Source: an uncultured Bacteroidales bacterium
GTDB taxonomy: Bacteria > Bacteroidota > Bacteroidia > Bacteroidales > SZUA-534
DNA length: 64,000 nt
NCBI GenBank assembly: GCA_902790595.1
Contig: CADASL010000005.1
Span: 127,672 to 191,671, forward strand
Reading direction: 5' to 3'
A model generated the notes under the pieces. It saw only the letters and a program-made list of their open reading frames with translations, had not been told where the DNA came from and ran no database searches. The position numbers were made by a program, and so were the translations under genes. Below, in pieces: positions 1 to 7,266 of this stretch (position 1 is its first letter; every line of letters starts with the position of its first letter).

Positions 1-685
1 GTTTATAATATGGTATAGCGTTCAGTTTTTGCAGTAACTCTTTATCAACCATACCCTTACGGCCAAGCTCACCATTTTTGTCATATTCAAGCCCGATACG
101 GCGCGTCAGCGTGTTGGCAACAATGTTGAGCGGACAAATATCGAACGCAACGCGTTGACCATCAGCATTATCGTATGAAACATTGGCAAAGCCGCCAAGA
201 TTCAGGCAATAATCGTAGCTGCCGAAAAGCAGCTTGTCGCCAATCGGAACCAAAGGGGCGCCATTGCCGCCAAAAGCCACATCCACGGTGCGAAAATCGC
301 AGATGGCATCGATGCCTGACACGGCCGCAATGTGAGCGCCAGAGCCGATTTGCAGCGTCAAGCCTTTCTGCGGCTCGTGAAAAACGGTGTAGCCGTGACT
401 TGCCACGAAAGCAGGCTTGCAATTATTTTCTGCAACAAAATCTTTTACCAGTCCACCAAGAAAACGTCCATAATCGACATCGAGTTGCGCCAAATCGTGC
501 CCCGAAAGTTCGTGGCTATGTTTCAGTCGCTCAAGCATTTCGGCAGGATACGGATAAACTTCTCCGGCATTGGAGACGTAAGACCAGACGCCGCCCGACA
601 GTTTAAATGTGCAACTCACAATGTCAACCCCGTCGAGCGAAGTGCCCGACATCACGCCAATGCAGTTAATATCAACGTCTTGCAT
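1..685 (-). CDS. anmK: Anhydro-N-acetylmuramic acid kinase (5' part; runs off window start)
   Basis: Manual translation from ATG at 685: MQDVDINCIGVMSGTSLDGVDI...ASHGYTVFHEP...LQIG...DFRTVDVAFGGNGAPLVP...LNLGGFANVS...AFDICPLN, the typical AnmK motifs. Absent from the ORF track because it has no stop in the window. ATG overlaps the upstream stop (TAATG). Confidence 0.93.
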   Translation of the reverse strand, partial: MQDVDINCIGVMSGTSLDGVDIVSCTFKLSGGVWSYVSNAGEVYPYPAEMLERLKHSHELSGHDLAQLDVDYGRFLGGLVKDFVAENNCKPAFVASHGYTVFHEPQKGLTLQIGSGAHIAAVSGIDAICDFRTVDVAFGGNGAPLVPIGDKLLFGSYDYCLNLGGFANVSYDNADGQRVAFDICPLNIVANTLTRRIGLEYDKNGELGRKGMVDKELLQKLNAIPYYK

Positions 686-2400
686 TACTGGAATTTGGTT
701 TTGGGGAATTTATACGAATAGTTTGCCACGTTGCCGCAATTGTCGGTTACCATCAGCTCAAACTGGTAAGAATCAGCGGGTTTCAAGTATTCATCGGCCT
801 CGTAGGTGATTGATTTCGTCTTCGGGTCGTACTTCAGCAGAATCCACTCGCCATTGATTGAGGCCGAATACGATTTTATGCCTGCCAAATCGTCGTCGAT
901 AGTGAATTTGAGCACATTAACAGGCTGTTTTGCAACAGGTTTAATGGTTGGCGGAACGCTGTCGGCCTGAATGCGATACGTTCCGAATCCTGACAATGCG
1001 GCCTCAACAAATCCGTTTTTGTACTTGCCGCCAATGCCCGCAACCTTGTCGCCACTCACCGACACCAGAAGCAGTTTCGACGTTGGAACCTTGTCGCCCA
1101 AGCATTTAACCCGCACGTTGAACTCCTTTACAAGCGGAATGGCTGGCGTGCAAATTGTGTAAGTCGGCGAATACGAACCAATTACAATATTTGTATCGAT
1201 TTTCAAATTGAAATAGATGGAATCGAAAAATGTCCGTTTGCCGAAATCGATGGCAATGCCAGCCGTGTCGATTCGGTGCTGGTCTTCCCACGAAAGCAGC
1301 TGTCCCTCAGGCTTTTGAACCGACTTATTAAGCGCCACGCCTTGCAGAAAAGTCTCGAATGTCGATTTGTTGCCATAAGCGTCGTAGGCATCAATTTTCA
1401 CCTTCTTCACCTTGCCCGCCGGCACTGATATCAGACCGCGGTTCTGCATTGTCGGGTAAAGCTCAATGCGGTTGTTGCTCTCGACAAACAGTCTGTAAGC
1501 CACTGTGTTACTGGTCATCAGAGCCTCGTAGTCGGCAATGCTGCTCACATATTTCGTCTGCGAGAACGGCACGCCGTCGATGCGCATTGTGAGCACAATC
1601 TCGTCGCCGTCCCAAACATCGAACTTGTAAACTCCGCAACGGTTGTTTGCGCCGTTCAGATAATCGTCACACTTAATACCAAGTCCCACAGTGCCAAATA
1701 CTTGAATAGTATCGGCACCGACCGGCTTGTACACATTGCCAACCTTCTGCACCCTGACGGTGCTGCGGGCATACTCCCCTCCGACCTGCGAATTGCTGTT
1801 GCCCGGAAACACTGTGAACAGCGACATCCGCGGCGCAATGTCGTCTTTTATGTCGAAGCCAAGAAACAATCCGTTGAGCGGACAGGAATTGCGTGTGTCG
1901 CGAATCTCAAAATGCAGGTGCGGCCCACCCGACGAGCCTGTATTTCCCGACAGACCAAGCACATCGCCCACGCTGACGGGAATCTCGTCGGCCTTCGGGA
2001 ACAAATCAACGGCAAAACTCTTGCGGCTGTACTGTGCATCGCGCACATAGCGCCCAATCTGAATGTTGAACTCGCGCAAATGGGCGTAAAGCGATGTGTA
2101 ACCATCTGGATGAGTGACATATACCGAGTGACCATAGCCTGTTGGCGACACCTTGATGCGCGACACGTAACCGTCTTTCACCGCATACACGCGGAACCCC
2201 TCCTTGCCCTGCGTTTTCATATCGAGCCCGGCGTGAAAATGTCCGCTGCGCAACTCGGCAAAGTTTCCCGAAAGGTAAATCGGAATATGAAGCGGCGATT
2301 TCCAACCCAAAGTGTCGAGCCGGAGCTGAGCCGGAGCGGTGTTGGTGGCCAAAATGATGGTAAAAAGTACAATTATTTTATTCAGATATTTCATTATCAA
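685..2400 (-). CDS. M23 family metallopeptidase, secreted
   Basis: Signal peptide; HxxxD (HAGLD), YAHL and HxH (PHLHFE) motifs; long C-terminal extension. Confidence 0.88.
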   Translation of the reverse strand: MIMKYLNKIIVLFTIILATNTAPAQLRLDTLGWKSPLHIPIYLSGNFAELRSGHFHAGLDMKTQGKEGFRVYAVKDGYVSRIKVSPTGYGHSVYVTHPDGYTSLYAHLREFNIQIGRYVRDAQYSRKSFAVDLFPKADEIPVSVGDVLGLSGNTGSSGGPHLHFEIRDTRNSCPLNGLFLGFDIKDDIAPRMSLFTVFPGNSNSQVGGEYARSTVRVQKVGNVYKPVGADTIQVFGTVGLGIKCDDYLNGANNRCGVYKFDVWDGDEIVLTMRIDGVPFSQTKYVSSIADYEALMTSNTVAYRLFVESNNRIELYPTMQNRGLISVPAGKVKKVKIDAYDAYGNKSTFETFLQGVALNKSVQKPEGQLLSWEDQHRIDTAGIAIDFGKRTFFDSIYFNLKIDTNIVIGSYSPTYTICTPAIPLVKEFNVRVKCLGDKVPTSKLLLVSVSGDKVAGIGGKYKNGFVEAALSGFGTYRIQADSVPPTIKPVAKQPVNVLKFTIDDDLAGIKSYSASINGEWILLKYDPKTKSITYEADEYLKPADSYQFELMVTDNCGNVANYSYKFPKTKFQ

Positions 2401-2539
2401 TCATTTATCAATACAAACAGAATCATCGAACGGAGGTGCAAATTACAAAAAATCGCGTATAAATCGCCATTCAACAAACATCCTTATATATATGGTGCAG
2501 GCATCGGTGAAAAAAATCGCGAAAGCGGCAAAACAAACA

Positions 2540-2570
2540 TTTGCAAAATCAAAATCAATCAGTACTTTTG
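2540..2570 (+). promoter_or_regulatory. Bacteroidota sigma-A promoter for rpsF operon
   Basis: TTTG (2540-2543), 19 nt spacer, TACTTTTG (2563-2570). Confidence 0.75.
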
Positions 2571-2603
2571 CACCTCGATTTTTAACAAATAAAATTAAAT
2601 TTT

Positions 2604-2954
2604 ATGTCAAACAGTTACGAGACCGTTTTCATTGCAAATCCCGTTTTGTCTGCACCACAGATGAAGGAAGCGGTTGACAAATTCAAAGGCGTTATCACCG
2701 ATATGGGAGGTGAAATCGTTTACGAGGAGGACTGGGGCCTCCGGAAATTGGCTTATCCAATTCAAAAGAAATCCACAGGATTCTACTATCTGGTAGAGTT
2801 CAAAGGTGAGGGCAACATCATCGGCAAGCTCGAAACCGAGTACCGCCGCGACGAGCGCATTATGCGTTTCCTCACTATGAAGATGGACAAGTTTGCTGTT
2901 GAGTACGCAAACAAGAAAAGAAGTTTAAAATCTGAAGCTAAGAAGGAGGAATAA
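2604..2954 (+). CDS. rpsF: 30S ribosomal protein bS6
   Basis: YETVFI...[16 protein letters not shown] motif; operon context. Confidence 0.98.
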   Translation: MSNSYETVFIANPVLSAPQMKEAVDKFKGVITDMGGEIVYEEDWGLRKLAYPIQKKSTGFYYLVEFKGEGNIIGKLETEYRRDERIMRFLTMKMDKFAVEYANKKRSLKSEAKKEE

Positions 2955-2957
2955 GCC

Positions 2958-3227
2958 ATGTCACAGAATTCATCAGAAATCAGGTATCTTACCCCGCCGA
3001 CAGTAGAAATCAAGAAGAAGAAATACTGCCGTTTCAAAAAGAACAAAATCAAGTACATCGACTACAAGGATCCAGAGTTCCTGAAACGTTTCCTGAACGA
3101 GCAGGGCAAGATTCTTCCGCGTCGCATCACCGGAACATCGCTGAAATACCAGCGCAAGGTGGCCACCGCTATCAAACGCGCCCGCCACTTGGCTTTGCTT
3201 CCGTATGTAACTGATATGCTTAAATAA
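2958..3227 (+). CDS. rpsR: 30S ribosomal protein bS18
   Basis: IDYKD...[10 protein letters not shown]...[19 protein letters not shown]. Confidence 0.98.
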   Translation: MSQNSSEIRYLTPPTVEIKKKKYCRFKKNKIKYIDYKDPEFLKRFLNEQGKILPRRITGTSLKYQRKVATAIKRARHLALLPYVTDMLK

Positions 3228-3241
3228 TAGGAGGATAGGAT

Positions 3242-3688
3242 ATGGAAATTATTTTGAAACAGAACGTTCCAAATTTAGGATACAAAGACGACATCGTTAC
3301 CGTTAAAGACGGCTACGGACGTAACTATCTGATTCCTCAGGGTATGGCAATTGTTGCTACCAACGCCGCCAAGAAGATCCTGGCTGAGAACAAGAAGCAA
3401 CGCGCCCACAAAGAGGAGAAAATCAAAAACGACGCAATCGCACTGCGCGCACAAATCGAGGCTCTTACCATTGTTATCGGCACAAAAGCCAGCTCGAATG
3501 GTAAAATCTTCGGTTCTGTCAACAACATCCAGCTTGCCGAGGCAATTCAGAAACAGGGTGTTGAAGTTGACCGCAAGTGCATTCTCGTTAAAGGCGACAA
3601 CATTAAAGAACTTGGCAAGTATGTTGCCAAAATCAAACTCCACAAAGAGGTTGAGTTCGAGTTGCCGTTCGAGGTTGTTGCAGAATAA
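3242..3688 (+). CDS. rplI: 50S ribosomal protein bL9
   Basis: MEIIL...LG..DDIVTVKDGYGRNYLIP; GKIFGSV. Confidence 0.98.
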   Translation: MEIILKQNVPNLGYKDDIVTVKDGYGRNYLIPQGMAIVATNAAKKILAENKKQRAHKEEKIKNDAIALRAQIEALTIVIGTKASSNGKIFGSVNNIQLAEAIQKQGVEVDRKCILVKGDNIKELGKYVAKIKLHKEVEFELPFEVVAE

Positions 3689-3711
3689 TCTGAAACACAA
3701 TTCGATAAATG

Positions 3712-3742
3712 AAAGCCGTTCCGCTTGGGACGGCTTTTTTTT
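3712..3742 (+). terminator. Intrinsic terminator of rpsF-rpsR-rplI
   Basis: AAAGCCGTTCC-gctt-GGGACGGC followed by a T-run; recurs at ~4369-4395 and ~4993-5019. Confidence 0.85.
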
Positions 3743-3810
3743 GTGCTATAGCAAATTATTTTCTGAATAACTCATATATTTGTTCCACAAACTACCATTG
3801 GGGACAAAAA
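3715..3810 (+). repeat. Terminator+promoter repeat unit, copy 1
   Basis: Near-identical to 4369-4465; contains TATATTTG -7 box at 3775-3782. Confidence 0.9.
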
Positions 3811-3823
3811 CTATTATACAGCG

Positions 3824-4237
3824 ATGAAAAAGATTATTGATTTTTTTGTAGCGGCATATTTCAGTACAGTTTACAAAAAATATGAAGACCGTTTAGGAAA
3901 CGCCTTGTTGCTTTTAGAAATTTCATTTGCAATCAATGGATTATCCCTGTTTTTTTGTTCTATACCGCTTTTTTGTTCCCTGCCATATGTGGGGAAACAT
4001 ATAAAACTATCATCATCGTTTGCTTATGGGGCTATAATATTTCTTGTATTTATGTTGATCACATATATTGTCAAACATTTTCTTGAAAAATACTATTCTC
4101 AACAATATGATTATATAAAAGCTTATAGTGATAAAATTCCGCGAGTTTTATCAATATTGTTCGTTATAGTTCATTATTTGGGTTCTGCTTTTTTGGGGGT
4201 GTTCTGTATGAAATATACTTTATGTCTTAAACCATAA
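3824..4237 (+). CDS. Small multi-pass membrane protein, paralog of 4478-4870
   Basis: AT-rich ORF with about 3 hydrophobic segments; MKKIIDFFVAAYFS...SDKIPRVLSILFVIVHY. Confidence 0.8.
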   Translation: MKKIIDFFVAAYFSTVYKKYEDRLGNALLLLEISFAINGLSLFFCSIPLFCSLPYVGKHIKLSSSFAYGAIIFLVFMLITYIVKHFLEKYYSQQYDYIKAYSDKIPRVLSILFVIVHYLGSAFLGVFCMKYTLCLKP

Positions 4238-4298
4238 CAAGAAGTTTGGCACTTTGACAATCATCACAGGTGCTTCAGGTAATAACCTTATGGCAGAC

Positions 4299-4465
4299 AT
4301 TTTAAATCCGCAGGAGACCATTTCTTATGGTCTGCCTGCGGATTTTAATCTGTCAATCCGCATCGCACGCCGTTCCGTTTGGGACGGCTTTTTTTGTGCT
4401 ATAGCAAATTATTTTCTGAATAACTCATATATTTGTTACACAAACTACCATTGGGGGACAAAAAA
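4299..4465 (+). repeat. Hairpin+linker+terminator+promoter repeat unit, copy 2
   Basis: AAATCCGCAGG-AGACCAT/ATGGTCT-G-CCTGCGGATTT hairpin, then the terminator and promoter copy (TATATTTG 4428-4435). Confidence 0.9.
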
Positions 4466-4477
4466 AAGCATATGGTT

Positions 4478-4870
4478 ATGAAAAAGATAATTGATTTATG
4501 GGTAGCGGCATATTTTTCTATTTTTAGGAAATATGAGCAAAAAGGAATGATAAGCGGTCTTTATATTCTACAGTTCCTTTGGACTTTTAATATTTTCTCA
4601 ATTATTAGTTATCTGTCACAAATCCTGACAAAACGAATAACAATGAGTTTTTTACCAGTTGCTTTAACAATACTTGCCTTATCAATTTTTATGGGGAGTA
4701 AAATAAGAAATTGGTTGGATAAAATGTATTTTGACAATTGGGAACAAATAATACCAATAAGTGACAAAATACCAAAAACGTTGTCAATACTTATTTTGAT
4801 AGTTCATTATGTGCTAACTATTCTGCTTTTCTTTCTTTGTTTTAGATGTTTTAGATTCTTAGAAAGGTAA
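4478..4870 (+). CDS. Small multi-pass membrane protein, paralog of 3824-4237
   Basis: ATG at 4478 chosen by homology: MKKIIDLWVAAYFS...SDKIPKTLSILILIVHY. Confidence 0.8.
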   Translation: MKKIIDLWVAAYFSIFRKYEQKGMISGLYILQFLWTFNIFSIISYLSQILTKRITMSFLPVALTILALSIFMGSKIRNWLDKMYFDNWEQIIPISDKIPKTLSILILIVHYVLTILLFFLCFRCFRFLER

Positions 4871-4923
4871 TGAAAGAAACGATAGATAAAGATAGTAACC
4901 ATTAAACATAGTATATTCAGTTA

Positions 4924-5020
4924 ATTTTAAATCCGCAGGAACCATTTCTTATGGTCTGCCTGCGGATTTTAATCTATCAACCCGCATCGCACGCCGTTCC
5001 GTTTGGGACGGCTTTTTTTG
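4924..5020 (+). repeat. Hairpin+linker+terminator repeat unit, copy 3
   Basis: Near-identical to 4299-4396. Confidence 0.9.
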
Positions 5021-5122
5021 TTGCCCGTTTGGAACGCAGAATGAACTGATTTTCGCAGATTATTTTCACAGATTTTCTAGAATTTCGCTATTTTAGCTGA
5101 CGAAATAAATAAACAACATATT

Positions 5123-5749
5123 ATGAAAAATGCACTATTAACTTGTTTCGTACTTTTAGTATCATCATCTGTTTTTGCCCAGAATGCCATTATTGAAAAA
5201 GTCAGGCAAGAAACAGTGGCCGGTAAATTCCTTCAAAACACCACTTACTACAAGAGTATCAATGTCTATGAATATTTGGGTAGTGATGTGGAGATATTTG
5301 GCACTGTGCTGATAGACGAAATGGACAAAACGAAAAAAGTCGGCACTATTATGATTGCCGGAGATGGCTACAGTCTCAGTCAAAGCAAAATGCTGATGTT
5401 TACCCGCACTGCCTATTATCTAAATGTCAGCCAAATAGATAGCGTAGTGCTTGTTTTAAGACAGATTTGCGATGACATTACAAATCAAAGTCGGAATTTT
5501 ACAATTAATTATATTGCTGACGGAGGATTAGGATTCTTATACAATAGTCGCAGTAAAAAACTGCTTTTATTGAAATACAGCGTACCTGATTCTAACCCAA
5601 GCAGATATTCATACTATGAGGATTTAAAGCCGAATGGCGTGAACAATCAGAAAGTTGCGGAAATCAAGAATAGTGATATTGCCAAAATTATCACACTGCT
5701 AATTCAGGCCAAGAACAGTGTGGAAAAATATCTGCAAGAGAACAAATAA
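5123..5749 (+). CDS. Hypothetical secreted protein
   Basis: 208 aa, Sec signal peptide ending VFA-Q, AT-rich. Confidence 0.75.
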   Translation: MKNALLTCFVLLVSSSVFAQNAIIEKVRQETVAGKFLQNTTYYKSINVYEYLGSDVEIFGTVLIDEMDKTKKVGTIMIAGDGYSLSQSKMLMFTRTAYYLNVSQIDSVVLVLRQICDDITNQSRNFTINYIADGGLGFLYNSRSKKLLLLKYSVPDSNPSRYSYYEDLKPNGVNNQKVAEIKNSDIAKIITLLIQAKNSVEKYLQENK

Positions 5750-5797
5750 CTATTGGTCAGACACTGTTTAATGAGTTGTATTACATATTCTAATGCT

Positions 5798-6796
5798 ATG
5801 ACAATTCGATTATCTATAATTTTTTTTGTGTTATTCCCTTTACATATAGTCGCTCAGAGTAATGCAAAACTATTAAATGACACTATTTTCTTGCCGTACA
5901 GATATGGCGTGATTATTCAAGAAGATGACACAATAGATATAGTTGAATTAACTACAAGCACTTGTGAACATATTATGGATGTCAGGGCAAAAGATATTGT
6001 TGACTTAACGACAAGCAATTATGGACATATTATGGATGTTAGGGTAAAAGAAAGTAATGATGAAACATATCAAATTTTATATACGCGTACCGGCGTGGAA
6101 TCGATAAAAAAAAGCATAAAATACGCAGTCAAAAGTAATGGTGACATTGTTTTGTCCAATTCGGCAAGCTACGATTCCATTTTTTCTAAAGCGCTGACTC
6201 ATAAAAAGTTTTTGGAATCAGATAAAGTGGATACAATTTACAATTGCATTAACTGGAGTACAAAGATTCCCAAAAATCTGGAATGCAAGATGGACACATA
6301 CCAAGAGTATTACGATTTCATCCGTTACCCGCTTTATGTCAGAAGGTTGTTTTATACATACCACTTACATAAGATGAACGAAAATGCGTTGAATATTGAT
6401 TCCACACCAAAATTACGTGTTTTGTTTCCTGAACATTCTGGTTATCAAGATGAAAAAGTTTATGGATTGACTTTCAGTATATATAACGACAGTATTGTTT
6501 GCACCAACAAAACAATCGACATTTGTGATACTGATTATTATAAAGTTAGCTATCACAAATTGGGTAAAATACACGACAAAAAAATGAGGAATTTGTTAAG
6601 TAGTATATCAGAATATTCGGGGTATGATATGACCAAAACAATAGGATTTGTTTCGAATCCGGTTTTAATTGAATATTTTAACGGAGAAAGCACTGCAACA
6701 TATCTGATAGACAAAGAGTTTGACAAACCAGACAAAAAACTTTGGAATGTATATAATGAGATTTGTCAATTGGCTATGATGATGTTTCAAAACTAA
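5798..6796 (+). CDS. Hypothetical secreted protein with a 19-aa tandem duplication
   Basis: AT-rich ORF; ATG 5798 gives a signal peptide (MTIRLSIIFFVLFPLHIVA-Q); start uncertain. Confidence 0.7.
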   Translation: MTIRLSIIFFVLFPLHIVAQSNAKLLNDTIFLPYRYGVIIQEDDTIDIVELTTSTCEHIMDVRAKDIVDLTTSNYGHIMDVRVKESNDETYQILYTRTGVESIKKSIKYAVKSNGDIVLSNSASYDSIFSKALTHKKFLESDKVDTIYNCINWSTKIPKNLECKMDTYQEYYDFIRYPLYVRRLFYTYHLHKMNENALNIDSTPKLRVLFPEHSGYQDEKVYGLTFSIYNDSIVCTNKTIDICDTDYYKVSYHKLGKIHDKKMRNLLSSISEYSGYDMTKTIGFVSNPVLIEYFNGESTATYLIDKEFDKPDKKLWNVYNEICQLAMMMFQN

Positions 6797-6852
6797 AACG
6801 CCATTTTAAACATTTAGAAAATTCGACGCTTAACATCGGCATTTCTAAACAT

Positions 6853-6883
6853 AAAAAAAGCGCCTTTCGGCGCTTCCTTTTTT
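6853..6883. terminator. Bidirectional intrinsic terminator
   Basis: A-run AGCGCC-tttc-GGCGCT T-run between convergent genes. Confidence 0.75.
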
Positions 6884-6884
6884 G

Positions 6885-7118
6885 TTATGCTGCATATTTT
6901 TTAGTTTTCTCAACTTTTTTGTAACGCTGGTGCATCTTAACGAACACCTCTTCCAAAGCCTGCTTAATGCCTTTGATGGCCGACTCTCCGCCCTTGCCCT
7001 TCTTGGCTTTCTCAAGTTTCTTTTCGAGTTTGCTTGCTTTCATCTGCGACTTGTGCAACTTGCGTTCGGCAATCTCCAACGACTCTTTGCTTCTCAGTTT
7101 GTCTTCTGCGGTTTTCAT
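6885..7118 (-). CDS. Small Lys/Glu-rich helical protein
   Basis: 77 aa, ATG start, ends right at the terminator. Confidence 0.6.
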   Translation of the reverse strand: MKTAEDKLRSKESLEIAERKLHKSQMKASKLEKKLEKAKKGKGGESAIKGIKQALEEVFVKMHQRYKKVEKTKKYAA

Positions 7119-7266
7119 AACTCAAAAATTTAAAAGTTCAACAATCTCTCCTGAGACCTCGTTTCCTTTGGTTTCAGTTCTCTAAAGATATAGCATAAAA
7201 ACCGAAAAAACACATTATTTCTTCAAATATTATTTTCGTATATTGCCGTGTTTTAAACATTTTGAA

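Noticed and set aside
168-809. ORF-track ORFs at the window start
   Set aside because: They overlap the real anmK frame, which the track missed because it is open at the edge
2604-3688. Missing ssb/priB in the rpsF-rpsR-rplI operon and Cys-poor bS18
   Set aside because: Normal for Bacteroidota
4254-4481. 75-aa ORF between the cassette genes
   Set aside because: Spans the non-coding hairpin/terminator repeat and starts at TTG
3712-5020. Canonical integron with attC sites
   Set aside because: No intI in the window, no RYYYAAC/GTTRRRY boxes, and the cassettes carry their own promoters; kept only as an analogy
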